Positions 27,683 to 37,834 of a DNA stretch of 64,000 bases are shown piece by piece. How positions within the stretch are numbered: the stretch's first letter is position 1; each line of letters starts with the position of its first letter. The stretch lies in the IMG/VR virus record IMGVR_UViG_3300020463_001507, one strand, 5' to 3'. The notes under the pieces were generated by a model that saw only the letters and a list, made by a program, of their open reading frames with translations, had not been told where the DNA came from and searched no databases. The stretch comes from an uncultured virus (IMG/VR IMGVR_UViG_3300020463_001507). Its lineage: Duplodnaviria; Heunggongvirae; Uroviricota; Caudoviricetes. Both the position numbers and the translations under genes were made by a program.

Positions 27683-28537
27683 GTCTTTCTTTATAGTAGT
27701 TATTCGATCTAAAACTTCTTGATTGTTGATCTGAGGCACATTAGCTTTTAATTTTACATAAACTATCCCTTTTCTACCAGAACGCATATCAGGTATGCCG
27801 TAACCATGTATGCTAAAAACAACAGTAGGTTGGCTACCTTTTGGAACTTTTACTGATAAAGATTTTCCCTCTGGAGTTGTAACATTTATTTCTGTTCCTA
27901 AAATTAAATCAAATACATTTACAGGCACTACTGTATGTAAATCTAATCCGTTTCTTATCCAGTTATTACTATTGTTTATTCTAATTTTAGCAAATAAATC
28001 GCCTCTAGGCACCCCGTCTATGCCGTTATTTCCTAAGCCTCTATATTTTATTACATCGTGTATGCCAGGAGGAATTGTAATTTCGTGTGTCTGCACTCCT
28101 CCTTTTTGTAATTCATAAGTTAATCTAATAGTTTTGCCAGTATAAACTTCATCTAAATTTAAATTAATTATAACGGTAATGTCTTCATTTTTAATAGGAG
28201 GACGTTGTTGTCCAAAAGAATTTCCAAAACCTCCCATTCCAAATTGTCGCATCATTTCATTTATATCAATGCCACCTTGAAATCCATCAGTAGTAAAATG
28301 AAAATTTTGAAATCCTTGTGGTCCTGCTTGTTGAGGATCAGCTGTACCAAATTGATCATACATCTGCCTTTTTTCAGGATTACTTAATATTTGATATGCT
28401 TCATTTACTTCTTTAAATTTTTCATCACTACCACCTGTGCGATCAGGATGATGCTCCATACTTTTTGTTTTATATGCTGATTTTAATTCTTTATCTGAGG
28501 CAGACTTTGATACGCCTAGTATGTCATAGTAGTCCAT
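27668..28537 (-). CDS. dnaJ: DnaJ-family co-chaperone (class II / CbpA-like, no Zn finger)
   Basis: J domain with HHPD, G/F-rich linker, C-terminal domain. Confidence 0.92.
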   Translation of the reverse strand: MDYYDILGVSKSASDKELKSAYKTKSMEHHPDRTGGSDEKFKEVNEAYQILSNPEKRQMYDQFGTADPQQAGPQGFQNFHFTTDGFQGGIDINEMMRQFGMGGFGNSFGQQRPPIKNEDITVIINLNLDEVYTGKTIRLTYELQKGGVQTHEITIPPGIHDVIKYRGLGNNGIDGVPRGDLFAKIRINNSNNWIRNGLDLHTVVPVNVFDLILGTEINVTTPEGKSLSVKVPKGSQPTVVFSIHGYGIPDMRSGRKGIVYVKLKANVPQINNQEVLDRITTIKKDLTNN

Positions 28538-28563
28538 ACTAATACTTATTTAAACTACTAGTG

Positions 28564-28935
28564 CTATTTACGAGAGTTGGTATATAAGCCAAACCATGCA
28601 GCACCTGCACCAACAACAATAGAAATTAAACCGGATTGTTCAAGTGTAGGATTTTCAAGTGCCATAAACCAAATTACACATTTATATAATAAAATAATGT
28701 AGGTTGTTATGAATATTCTTGGAAATATTCTCCAAGCATCTACTGCTTTAGCCATATGTATTATTTTGGCAAAAGGATTAGGACCTAAATCTTTTACACT
28801 TGTGTCTACTTCTAAGTCTAGTTTAACTTTACGTGTTGTACTATCTTGCGTAGCAACTACTACTGCATCTGGTTTTTTTGGTTGTGTTTCAACAGGGGTT
28901 TTTGCTTTTAAATCTTCAGGATTTTTTCTTGGCAT
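28564..28935 (-). CDS. putative holin
   Basis: Two TM helices (DAWRIFPR..., IVVGAGAAWFGLY) in the lysis cassette. Confidence 0.6.
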   Translation of the reverse strand: MPRKNPEDLKAKTPVETQPKKPDAVVVATQDSTTRKVKLDLEVDTSVKDLGPNPFAKIIHMAKAVDAWRIFPRIFITTYIILLYKCVIWFMALENPTLEQSGLISIVVGAGAAWFGLYTNSRK

Positions 28936-29212
28936 TTTTGCCCTCCAATTCTTTTATCCGTTTTTCTAATTCGTCTATTTTTTTAGTAACATAGGGATAC
29001 TTTTTCCTCCATGCATCTATAGGTTGTTCGAACCAGGTTAACCCCCATCTTTCAACAAGGTAATCAAGAATCATATCAAATTTTGCATAGGACCAAAGAC
29101 CTGCTCTAGTGTCTTTAAAATACATAAGAAAAGCTGCGCCAAACAAACTACCTGCTATACCTGTATATATCCATAGCCTATCAGTAGCCATTTGTTCTAT
29201 TATTTCCCACAT
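28916..29212 (-). CDS. membrane protein in the lysis cassette (holin or antiholin candidate)
   Basis: One TM helix and a C-terminal coiled coil. Confidence 0.5.
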   Translation of the reverse strand: MWEIIEQMATDRLWIYTGIAGSLFGAAFLMYFKDTRAGLWSYAKFDMILDYLVERWGLTWFEQPIDAWRKKYPYVTKKIDELEKRIKELEGKNAKKKS

Positions 29213-29220
29213 ATGTCTTC

Positions 29221-29694
29221 CTATTTAAAAGGGTTAAGTTTTTGTAATGTAAATCCTTCTGGTTCCTTACTATTTAACTCTTTTACTTCATCATTTACAG
29301 CATCTACTTGTTTATTTGCATCTTCTAATGCTTTTTCTGCATTTTTATAATATGCTTCGTATGCCGCAATAATTGTTTTTTGTTGTTGTATTAATGCTCT
29401 AATTGCACTTAAATTTTCACCTAGATGTGCATAGCCTTTATCAGTCAAACCAAATATTGCTATTGGTCTTCCTGTTTTCTTTAGTTTTTTAAAAACTTCT
29501 TCATAATTTTTTTCTGTTATAATTACCCAGTCAACATCCTTCATCTCAAGTTTGTCGACAGCTGGTAATGTAAGCTCAGGCTTTTCAATTGGCTTAGCAG
29601 TAACTTCAATTTTTTGAACAGGTGTAGAACAACTACTTAGTAACAGTATTGCCAGGCCACAGCCAAGGACACTCGCTATTGAATGCTTTACCAT
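29221..29694 (-). CDS. outer-membrane spanin lipoprotein (o-spanin)
   Basis: Lipobox LLSSC followed by a Pro-rich segment; start overlaps the i-spanin 3' end. Confidence 0.75.
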   Translation of the reverse strand: MVKHSIASVLGCGLAILLLSSCSTPVQKIEVTAKPIEKPELTLPAVDKLEMKDVDWVIITEKNYEEVFKKLKKTGRPIAIFGLTDKGYAHLGENLSAIRALIQQQKTIIAAYEAYYKNAEKALEDANKQVDAVNDEVKELNSKEPEGFTLQKLNPFK

Positions 29695-30097
29695 TTTTTG
29701 CCTCCTTCTCTTTTTGTGTTAGTTTTGCACCGCTTAGTATTTCAAAACAACGACCCGCTTTATCACTTGCGTTGTTAATTATTTTTTCTACTAATCCAGG
29801 TTTGCCAGCACCTAGTACAGCAAGATCGTGTTTTGCAAGTTTTTTACTTAGGACATTATTTTGTGATCTAATGTTAGCAAATTCTTGGTTTACTTTTTGT
29901 AACTCTTCATTTGCTTTGGCATAATCTGCTCTCAAAGTCGAAATCGTATCTTCACTTATAGCTACTGCCGTTTCTAACTTTGCATTGTTTTCATGAAGTG
30001 TTGCAAGTTTTTCTTGTGTATCGCTATAATACCAATATCCGATGCCGCCCATGGCACACATCACAATTAACATTATACCTGCTAGTTTTAATCCCAC
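29633..30097 (-). CDS. inner-membrane spanin (i-spanin)
   Basis: N-terminal TM helix, long coiled coil, two C-terminal Cys; directly after the endolysin. Confidence 0.75.
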   Translation of the reverse strand: MGLKLAGIMLIVMCAMGGIGYWYYSDTQEKLATLHENNAKLETAVAISEDTISTLRADYAKANEELQKVNQEFANIRSQNNVLSKKLAKHDLAVLGAGKPGLVEKIINNASDKAGRCFEILSGAKLTQKEKEAKNGKAFNSECPWLWPGNTVTK

Positions 30098-30102
30098 CTT
30101 AC

Positions 30103-30951
30103 CTATCCCAGTAACTTTCCCAGCGTCTTAGGTCCTACTATTCCATCAGCAACAAGTCCATTTGAACTTTGCCAATGTTTAACAATTTTTGCTGTACCTG
30201 GACCAAATATTCCGTCAGCTGGTGATATATCTAATTTTTCTTGTACTTCGGCAACTAAAGGACCACGTGATCCTTGACGAATAGTTTGATTGTACTCTAC
30301 TTCTGGTTCTTCAAAATCTCCACCGAAAACATCAAGTGCATGTATGTAATGTTTTTTGCGATCGTCCAAACCAATAGTGCCGCCATTAATACGTTTTGTC
30401 ATTCCAACAATATCTTGATTGTCACAGTATTTGTTTATGTTATTTGTATCCCAAAACCAACATGCACTATCTAATGCACCTGCTTTAGTTCTAACATATT
30501 CTACTGCTTCTTGAGGTGTTTTTTCGACTGCTTTACCAAATTCTGTGTAGTTATATCTACCGGTAAGCTGAAGAATGCCGCCTCCACGGAATAACCAACC
30601 GTCACCGGAATCTGTATCACCGTTGTCCATTCTATTTGCGTAAATAATGTTTGCAATTTTTTCAGGTTGTCTATGATAGTCATTGGCATCCCTTCCTGCA
30701 CGTTTAAAGTATTTAGGAAATATTGTATTCAATGCTTTGGCGCTATAGTTTAAGTTTTCACTTAAGACTCTAAAGCCGCCAGACTCATGTCCACATTGTG
30801 CAATAAACCCTGCTACTCTTTCTATTGTATCAACTTCCCATAACGGTAAGATTTCGCACATTGCTTCGTACCAATCTTTCCAGTCATCGCGATGAATAAG
30901 CTCTTCAGCCATCCACTCTTGGAAATCAAATTTAAAATGTTCTTTACCCAA
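30103..30951 (-). CDS. GH19 endolysin with a C-terminal peptidoglycan-binding domain
   Basis: FIAQCGHESGGF, RGGGILQLTGRYNY, TKRINGG, ADGIVGPKT. Confidence 0.93.
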   Translation of the reverse strand: MGKEHFKFDFQEWMAEELIHRDDWKDWYEAMCEILPLWEVDTIERVAGFIAQCGHESGGFRVLSENLNYSAKALNTIFPKYFKRAGRDANDYHRQPEKIANIIYANRMDNGDTDSGDGWLFRGGGILQLTGRYNYTEFGKAVEKTPQEAVEYVRTKAGALDSACWFWDTNNINKYCDNQDIVGMTKRINGGTIGLDDRKKHYIHALDVFGGDFEEPEVEYNQTIRQGSRGPLVAEVQEKLDISPADGIFGPGTAKIVKHWQSSNGLVADGIVGPKTLGKLLG

Positions 30952-30967
30952 TTTTATACTCCTATAT

Positions 30968-31693
30968 TTAGGTGTTAATTCGAGTTAACACGAGAACCTT
31001 ATTTTTATTTTCAAATGTAAGTTTGTTGCCAAACTTTGTAATGTTATAATCTCCTAGATATTTACTTAAATAAATTATCTCAGCAAAATTATTATCATCT
31101 ACAGATATACGTTCATTAATACTATTTAAAATTGCATCTTTTTCACCTATATCTATAAAATTAAATTTTAATGGATCACCATGTATTTTTTTGATTGTAA
31201 CGATATTGTCTTGCATGTATATAGATTCTAAAAAACTTTTGTTAAAAAATTTATCATAACTTTCCATTGCAATATTTTGGATTTTAATCCCATAATCGTC
31301 TGGGTCGGAAGGAATATTTTCTTGGAAGTTTTCTAATGTAGCTTCCATTGATCTAAAGTTTTTATAATAGCGGAATTTAAATTTATCATGCCCTGATAAT
31401 TTACTGACTCCATCAATTATTTCTGCCATTTGTTCCGGAATAGAATCATTTCTTTCCATTTCAATAAAAACTTTATATGTACCGTCTTTTTGCTCGCCTG
31501 GTGTTGCGTCTGCATCTAATATAAATGAATAACCTTTTTCTAAAAATTCTACAAGATCTTTAGCAGTTTCATTTGTTTTAGTGCTAAAACTTATAGTTAC
31601 AATATTATTGTCTTCACCCATCTTGCTTTTGAATGAATCAATTTCAAATATATTGTCTACCATATCTTTTAAATCAGCTTTTTGTAGTCCCAT
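30968..31693 (-). CDS. conserved phage hypothetical protein
   Basis: 241-aa ORF with IDSFKSKMG and FILDAD. Confidence 0.75.
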   Translation of the reverse strand: MGLQKADLKDMVDNIFEIDSFKSKMGEDNNIVTISFSTKTNETAKDLVEFLEKGYSFILDADATPGEQKDGTYKVFIEMERNDSIPEQMAEIIDGVSKLSGHDKFKFRYYKNFRSMEATLENFQENIPSDPDDYGIKIQNIAMESYDKFFNKSFLESIYMQDNIVTIKKIHGDPLKFNFIDIGEKDAILNSINERISVDDNNFAEIIYLSKYLGDYNITKFGNKLTFENKNKVLVLTRINT

Positions 31694-32268
31694 TATACTG
31701 CTCCTTCTGCTGGTGGAGTTTCAGCTGGTGCTTCTCCTCCGGCTGGTGCAGGTGCCGCTGGTGCAGGTGCCGCTGCTGCTTGATCTGCTTCACCTTGTTG
31801 AAGTTCTTGTGATTGCCCTCCTGTAGCTGGTTCTTGCTCATAGTCCATTAATTCGTCATATCCACTATAGATTGTCTGGATTAGTTTTTTTGGCATATCA
31901 ATTTGTACTAACCAAATTGCTATCTTGTCTAATTTCCCTTTTTTTGTTCCAGGTCTGATATCGTCAGGTTTACGAATTTTTCTAGGTTTAATTATATAAT
32001 CTTTACCCATACGCACTTTACAATCGTAGTCAAGCAACCGCTTTCCACCCATTGGATCAGGCATTTTACTTAAAGGCCACATAAACGAACAAGATACCCA
32101 ATGTCTTGTGATTTTTGGACCAGACACTAATTCTCCGTCTTTCCAATTATCGTAAACGTAAATATCTAATTCGTCAATAACTCTTTCAAAGTCTTTTAAT
32201 ACTTCAAAGGCAGAGTTACTATCATAGATATTGTTAACGTTTTCTATGACATCGTATATATCTTGCAT
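31693..32268 (-). CDS. conserved phage hypothetical protein with an Ala/Pro-rich tail
   Basis: 191 aa; MPDPMGGKRL; a 15-bp tandem duplication at 31742-31771 encodes the AAPAP repeats; TAAATA upstream. Confidence 0.75.
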   Translation of the reverse strand: MQDIYDVIENVNNIYDSNSAFEVLKDFERVIDELDIYVYDNWKDGELVSGPKITRHWVSCSFMWPLSKMPDPMGGKRLLDYDCKVRMGKDYIIKPRKIRKPDDIRPGTKKGKLDKIAIWLVQIDMPKKLIQTIYSGYDELMDYEQEPATGGQSQELQQGEADQAAAAPAPAAPAPAGGEAPAETPPAEGAV

Positions 32269-32427
32269 GATTAAATCCTGTTCTAAATTCTACTATACTT
32301 ATTTATCGTATCAAATAGATAACAGACTATTTTTTAAAGTAGGTTTAAAGGTAAATACTTTGTAGGGACTAGCTTCCTATACCATAGGAAAAGCGGCCTT
32401 ACGTCAATATCCACAGGAGGACACTTA

Positions 32428-33147
32428 ATGGGTGCAAAACGCAGGCGTAACAACTCAATAAACTATAATAATGTAGTTCAAATCAACCAATTTCAAAAAC
32501 AACAGAGACAAGTAAACATTCTTCCAAGAAACAGAAATCAAGAAACATACGTGTTAAAACTACTAGACCTTAGAAAAGATATAGTCTTCGGCATAGGTCC
32601 AGCAGGAACAGGCAAAACATTATTGGCTGTGCAGGTAGCTGTGAAGCTGTTTAAAGAAGGTGTTATTGATAAAATCATAGTCACCAGACCAGCTGTGTCT
32701 GTAGACGAAGATTTAGGGTTTCTTCCAGGCACATTAGAACAAAAAATGGCACCATGGACAAGACCAATATTTGACGTATTAAGGGAGTATTTTAATGCAA
32801 ATGAAATAGAAGGAATGATAAAAGAAAGTATAATTGAGATCGCCCCACTGGCCTACATGCGTGGTAGGACTTTTAAAAACAGTTTTATTTTAGCAGATGA
32901 GATGCAAAATGCAACATCTAGTCAAATGAAAATGTTGCTTACACGCTTAGGCGAAAACTCTAAGATGGCGGTTACCGGAGATCTAGCACAAGCAGATCGC
33001 ATGCAGGATAACGGATTAATTAACTTTGTTAATCTTTTACAAAATGCAGGCAATGCAACACACTTGGACATAGTCCGGTTTGAGCAAAGAGATATTGAAA
33101 GGCACAATGCAGTGAAAGAAGTATTACAGGTATACGGTGACGTATAA
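32428..33147 (+). CDS. phoH: PhoH-family ATPase
   Basis: GPAGTGKT, LGFLPG, YMRGRT, DEMQN, TRLG; GGAGG SD. Confidence 0.95.
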   Translation: MGAKRRRNNSINYNNVVQINQFQKQQRQVNILPRNRNQETYVLKLLDLRKDIVFGIGPAGTGKTLLAVQVAVKLFKEGVIDKIIVTRPAVSVDEDLGFLPGTLEQKMAPWTRPIFDVLREYFNANEIEGMIKESIIEIAPLAYMRGRTFKNSFILADEMQNATSSQMKMLLTRLGENSKMAVTGDLAQADRMQDNGLINFVNLLQNAGNATHLDIVRFEQRDIERHNAVKEVLQVYGDV

Positions 33148-33157
33148 AAAAGTATTT

Positions 33158-33185
33158 GTAGGGGGTAGCAATACCCTCTACTTTT
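33158..33185 (+). terminator. intrinsic terminator at the convergence point after phoH
   Basis: 10-bp stem GTAGGGGGTA/TACCCTCTAC (one G-U pair), GCAA tetraloop, then TTTT. Confidence 0.8.
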
Positions 33186-33831
33186 GCCATCTCCAATGAA
33201 GTCTAGTTAGATCACGGCGTTTAGTTTTATCTTTGTTATGTAATTTTTCATACCTCTTATCACGCCAGGTGCTTTTTGCTTCACCTTTACGATTTAGTCT
33301 ATTTACAATTTCTGGATCACTTATCAAATCAAACCCTAATTTTTCTGTAAAGTAAATACATTTTTCTTTTGTCCAGCAGTAATAAAATGGGTCATTACTT
33401 GAATACCCACGGAAACAAATTATGCCATCTTTGCGTAAAACTCTTTTTGTTTCTATAAGTTGCTTTTCTATTAGGTCTTCGTCACCAAAATTAATAGAGC
33501 CATATGCTATAATAGCGTCTATGCTATTATCTTCAAAATCTAATTCTGTAAAATCACTTACTACATCAACTCCGGGTCTATCACATATATCAATTCCAAT
33601 TAAATTTTTGACAACTGGTTTGTATCTGTTATCACCACATCCTAAGTCTAAAACAACAGAAGGATTTAATGAGTTGATTAAATTAAGATCTTCTTTTATA
33701 TTGCCCCATTTAAATAGTCTATTATGTGAATCTTTTTTACGCTTCCATTCTAATTTATCTTGGTTGTACGAAAAGAAATCAGTTAGATAATCTTTTAATT
33801 CTTTATTCACAATTGAATTTTCCTGGGACAA
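33178..33831 (-). CDS. class I SAM-dependent methyltransferase
   Basis: VLDLGCGD, FEDNSIDAI, RVLRKDG. Confidence 0.85.
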   Translation of the reverse strand: MSQENSIVNKELKDYLTDFFSYNQDKLEWKRKKDSHNRLFKWGNIKEDLNLINSLNPSVVLDLGCGDNRYKPVVKNLIGIDICDRPGVDVVSDFTELDFEDNSIDAIIAYGSINFGDEDLIEKQLIETKRVLRKDGIICFRGYSSNDPFYYCWTKEKCIYFTEKLGFDLISDPEIVNRLNRKGEAKSTWRDKRYEKLHNKDKTKRRDLTRLHWRWQK

Positions 33832-34613
33832 GTTTTAAGAAAATCATATGTTTCTTTTGTTACTTCGCCAGTAATGTTTAGAGTTGGTCTTGGATCATGT
33901 CCGAAGTTTGCTGTACCATGTGGAATGTCTCTCCAAGGCCAAGTAAAGCAATCACCTTTTTTCCAAGTTAAGAAGTTATTACCTTGCTTCCAAACTTGCC
34001 CTTGTTTTTGATCATCTAAAAATATAATTACTCTCATTATAAGTCTTTGATCGTAATCGCATGCTGCAAATTTATTATAGTCTTGTCTTTGCTCTTGCAA
34101 TAATCCACCAAAGTTATCTAAATGCCAATAAAACATTTGACCTGGAATTTGCACATCAAATTTTATATTTGGTTTACCATTTTTCTTTCCAGCAGGATGA
34201 TCAAAACAAAATAGTTTTGCCATTTTTTTAAAAACTCTAGGAAAATCTCTTTGCATATATCTGTTCAATACTGCATAACTATTTTCATCAGAATCAATAT
34301 CATATCCCCATTTTTTAAAGTCGTTGTATTCTAATTGATTATTATTATCCATTCTAATATCTGATCGATAATTAAATGTAGCAGGAGTTGTGCTTTGTAT
34401 CAATTCTGCAGTTTCTTGCTCCCAGTCCCCTTGAAATTCACAAACAGGAATATGTGTTGGAACTTCGCCTACAGTATCATCACGTGTTTCATCAAAATGA
34501 TAATTGCTTGTAGCTTTACAAAATTCAAATAAACTATCGTAGTTTTTATAATCTACAGGGTCTTTTGTTTTTAAATTTTTCCAATCCCATTCTGGCACAT
34601 TATCAAATTTCAT
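33807..34613 (-). CDS. Fe(II)/2OG dioxygenase-like (DSBH) protein
   Basis: Probable start MKFDNV at 34613 with GGAGG SD. Facial triad PGQMFYWHLD ... PHGTAN, then RPTLNITG. Confidence 0.75.
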   Translation of the reverse strand: MKFDNVPEWDWKNLKTKDPVDYKNYDSLFEFCKATSNYHFDETRDDTVGEVPTHIPVCEFQGDWEQETAELIQSTTPATFNYRSDIRMDNNNQLEYNDFKKWGYDIDSDENSYAVLNRYMQRDFPRVFKKMAKLFCFDHPAGKKNGKPNIKFDVQIPGQMFYWHLDNFGGLLQEQRQDYNKFAACDYDQRLIMRVIIFLDDQKQGQVWKQGNNFLTWKKGDCFTWPWRDIPHGTANFGHDPRPTLNITGEVTKETYDFLKTCPRKIQL

Positions 34614-34621
34614 ATTTCCTC

Positions 34622-35743
34622 CTACTTGGAAAAGACATATACACCTTCCCATTTTTCTCTGCCTGCAAGTTTCTGATTACCTACTCCTGGCCTTGTGTTC
34701 AACATCATCTTAATAGTACTTACATGTTTGAAACCTATTCTTTGAGATAACTGGATCCAAGCATCGACAACTTCGTACTCTTTTTTTCCATAGGTTTTGT
34801 AATCCGCAATGTTTGTAGCAAATAAACCATCTTGGTTAAGGCTTTTATAAATGTTTCTAACAGTAGGCTCAGCATATCCACTAAACCATTCGTCAAGAGT
34901 ACTATAACGTACCATACATTGTGTATCTTCATCACTATATTTCTCCAAATTAAAATACGGAGGTGAACTAAAAGCTAAGTCAATATCTGTTGGCTCATAT
35001 TCTTCACTCACATCCTGTATTATATTTCCTTTTACGCCAACTGCTTCTTCTAATAAATTATTAAAATAGTTTAAATATTTTACTGTTTCAGTATTAGGAT
35101 CTATTCCTGTATAGTTGTAATTCATATTACTACAACCAACACCTAAAAGTCTACCACCGTACCCTGCACTATAATCATATACATTACCCCATATCACAGG
35201 GCATAAATGTTCAACGATAGCTCTTGCATTTTGCGGCTTAAAGTTCTGTATATTTTCACCTGTAACTAATTCTAAAGCTCTACGTAATGCAGTAGGATGT
35301 ACAAGTTTATGTCCTTCACGCATTTCATAACAAATACGTATAGCTCTTTTAAGTTTTGTATCATTAAGAAATCTATCTTTTAAACTATTACTTCCTCTAC
35401 CTTTAGGCTCAGCTGTCATCATATTAGGAAACAAGAACCTACTTAAAGGTTGTCCTCTGTTATTTCCTAAACTTATTCTTTCGTCCTTAACTGAATTGTA
35501 GCTTATTGATTTAAAATCTCTAATAGCATGAATCAAACCTTTTTCAGTAAAATAGAGAATAGGTACAATATTAATTGATCTATAGATATCAAAGACTTTA
35601 TTAATAGTGCCCTCAGGATCTTTGTTAAAGGCAGGTTTATCTAATTGATCTAATTGATTATAGACAGGTTCGTATCCAGTAAATTCTTCGCCGTGGATAT
35701 TGTGTGGTTGTATATTCCAAATTTTATGTAATTCGTTTATCAA
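34622..35743 (-). CDS. amino (m4C/m6A) DNA methyltransferase-like protein
   Basis: Motif I DYSAGYGGR followed by catalytic motif IV FSSPPYF. Confidence 0.85.
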   Translation of the reverse strand: MINELHKIWNIQPHNIHGEEFTGYEPVYNQLDQLDKPAFNKDPEGTINKVFDIYRSINIVPILYFTEKGLIHAIRDFKSISYNSVKDERISLGNNRGQPLSRFLFPNMMTAEPKGRGSNSLKDRFLNDTKLKRAIRICYEMREGHKLVHPTALRRALELVTGENIQNFKPQNARAIVEHLCPVIWGNVYDYSAGYGGRLLGVGCSNMNYNYTGIDPNTETVKYLNYFNNLLEEAVGVKGNIIQDVSEEYEPTDIDLAFSSPPYFNLEKYSDEDTQCMVRYSTLDEWFSGYAEPTVRNIYKSLNQDGLFATNIADYKTYGKKEYEVVDAWIQLSQRIGFKHVSTIKMMLNTRPGVGNQKLAGREKWEGVYVFSK

Positions 35744-36411
35744 AGTTCACTCATTAGAGGAAAAATTTTAGCAATGACTACTGCACATTCTTTTGCAATA
35801 TCCATATGTTCTTTTTGTGTACCATTTGCACTCCGTAGTTCAATATAGTGTATCCAACTTCTAAGTGTTCCATTCATATATAATCTAGTTTTAGTACAGC
35901 CTTCTGGTAAAACAACACGAGCTTGTTCTTTTGCAATACCATTGTGTATAGCCCAATCATATGCTTGTTTAGCTTTATCTATTACTCCTTGCTGAACACG
36001 ATTCCATTCGTCATGTAACTCACTGTCCATATCGATTTCTATACTGTTTTGTCTATTCTTTTCATCTTGTAGTCTTGCTTCCCTTGTTTGAAATGTATCA
36101 GCCATATCTTCAGGATTTGCATAACGTTGACTAAATTCTTGAAAACTAAAGCTTCTATGTCTAACAATTTGATGTGCAATATCTCTAGTTGTTTCTATTT
36201 CTAAACAAGCATTAACCATTTCTAATGGTGACCAGTGTGCATGTTTAACAAGATACTTAATTAGTTTAGCACTAGTTTCGGTATTCATTTGATTGCTAGG
36301 GTTACTTACCCTAGCACAATATGCAATTAGATCTTGACAGTCTAATGGTTGTCCATCTGGGTATGCTTGAAATTCTGATGCTTTGCTATAAGAAATTAAT
36401 CTAACGGCCAT
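35740..36411 (-). CDS. thyX: flavin-dependent thymidylate synthase
   Basis: HWSPLE, RHRSFSFQEFSQRY, EQARVVLP. Confidence 0.97.
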   Translation of the reverse strand: MAVRLISYSKASEFQAYPDGQPLDCQDLIAYCARVSNPSNQMNTETSAKLIKYLVKHAHWSPLEMVNACLEIETTRDIAHQIVRHRSFSFQEFSQRYANPEDMADTFQTREARLQDEKNRQNSIEIDMDSELHDEWNRVQQGVIDKAKQAYDWAIHNGIAKEQARVVLPEGCTKTRLYMNGTLRSWIHYIELRSANGTQKEHMDIAKECAVVIAKIFPLMSEL

Positions 36412-36590
36412 GGTTCTTCTCCTTTTAACTGTTCGATTCTTCTACGTAAGAATCCTATTGTTGTATGTATATGTCCTGTATCTGTTTCACGAAGTAAGGT
36501 TTTATAGTATTCTATTTCTTCTTGTAATACATCTATTCTAACAATATCATTGATTAGTTTTTTATTAATCACCTTTGCCTGGCTTTTCAC
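36396..36590 (-). CDS. hypothetical protein
   Basis: 64-aa helical ORF with DTGHIHT. Confidence 0.6.
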   Translation of the reverse strand: MKSQAKVINKKLINDIVRIDVLQEEIEYYKTLLRETDTGHIHTTIGFLRRRIEQLKGEEPWPLD

Positions 36591-36912
36591 TAAAATACTC
36601 CTCTAATTTATTAGGTACGTCAGCCCAGTCCTCAGCATCTGCAGGCGGCTCACCTATCTCTGTAATGTTTGGCCAAATCTCGGAATACTTTTGATTAATA
36701 TTCATCCATTTTTCTAATTCCGATCCGGTAAGTGTATTATCAGGAACAATAGCATCTACAGGACATTCGGGCTCACATACTCCACAATCAATACATTCAT
36801 CTGGATTAATTACAAGCATATTTTCACCTTCGTAAAAACAATCTACTGGACATACCTCTACACAATCCATATGTTTGCACTTAATGCAATTTTCATTTAC
36901 TAAGTATGTCAT
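36565..36912 (-). CDS. fdxA: 7Fe ferredoxin (FdxA-type)
   Basis: [18 protein letters not shown] and [13 protein letters not shown]-terminal FSEKPGKGD. Confidence 0.93.
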   Translation of the reverse strand: MTYLVNENCIKCKHMDCVEVCPVDCFYEGENMLVINPDECIDCGVCEPECPVDAIVPDNTLTGSELEKWMNINQKYSEIWPNITEIGEPPADAEDWADVPNKLEEYFSEKPGKGD

Positions 36913-36919
36913 ACTGTAT

Positions 36920-37834
36920 TTAGATTCTTGCGAGACGAATCAATGTAGCTGCCAAATTAATTTCTGGATCTGCTACAAGTGTATGATCTACTAATCCTTG
37001 TTTAATAGTTAACACCGCGGTGTCTTGTTTTTCTTCATCACCAAATAATTCGATGTTATCATATAGCCATCTATAAATTTCTTCCATCTCTTCTGGCCTT
37101 ACTGCACCACAAAGTAGTTTTCTTGCTTGTTGTATTTTTCCTGCTTTGAATAATTCTACCATTTCTAGTTTCCAGTCTGTTTCACCTGTGTCACCTTCAT
37201 TTGGTTTAAGCAAACTTTTATCCTGTACATTCATTTGTACTGTATTGATACATTTACGTAGATCAGGATACGTAGCTTTTACATATGTGTCTAATATATC
37301 TAAATCAGGAGTAACACCTTCTCCTAATAATATTTCTGCTACACGAGCAGTAAACTCTGTTTGATCAATCTTTGCTATATGAAATCCTTGGCATCGACTA
37401 TGTATCGCAGGAATAATACGGTTGGGATAATTACAAGTTAGAATAAATCTAGCAGTTGTATGATATTCTTCCATAACTCCTCTAAGTGCAGCTTGAGCAC
37501 TTGGACTTAGATAATCGGCTTCATCTAATAGAACACATTTGAAATCCCCAAAAGGAATCATTTGTACAAAATTAACAATTCTATCTCTTACATCATCAAC
37601 ACTATTTGTTCTACTTGCATTTATTTCTAGTATATCAAATTCATTTACATCTAGTTCATTAAGCAAAAGTTTTGCAAGTGTAGTTTTACCAATACCGGCA
37701 TTACCACTAAAAAGTAAATGCGGAATAGTTTTTTCTTTGATCCAGTTGTTTACTTGATTACGTTGTGCGTCATCTCTAAACACATAGCCTTGTACTGTTT
37801 TTGGACGGTATTTTTCTACCCATAAGTCTCTCAT
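36920..37834 (-). CDS. clamp loader AAA+ subunit (RFC/gp44-like)
   Basis: [25 protein letters not shown] motif. Confidence 0.95.
   Translation of the reverse strand: MRDLWVEKYRPKTVQGYVFRDDAQRNQVNNWIKEKTIPHLLFSGNAGIGKTTLAKLLLNELDVNEFDILEINASRTNSVDDVRDRIVNFVQMIPFGDFKCVLLDEADYLSPSAQAALRGVMEEYHTTARFILTCNYPNRIIPAIHSRCQGFHIAKIDQTEFTARVAEILLGEGVTPDLDILDTYVKATYPDLRKCINTVQMNVQDKSLLKPNEGDTGETDWKLEMVELFKAGKIQQARKLLCGAVRPEEMEEIYRWLYDNIELFGDEEKQDTAVLTIKQGLVDHTLVADPEINLAATLIRLARI

Noticed and set aside
31742..31771. 15-bp GC-rich tandem repeat as a regulatory or mobile element
   Set aside because: It simply encodes an Ala/Pro-rich disordered tail.
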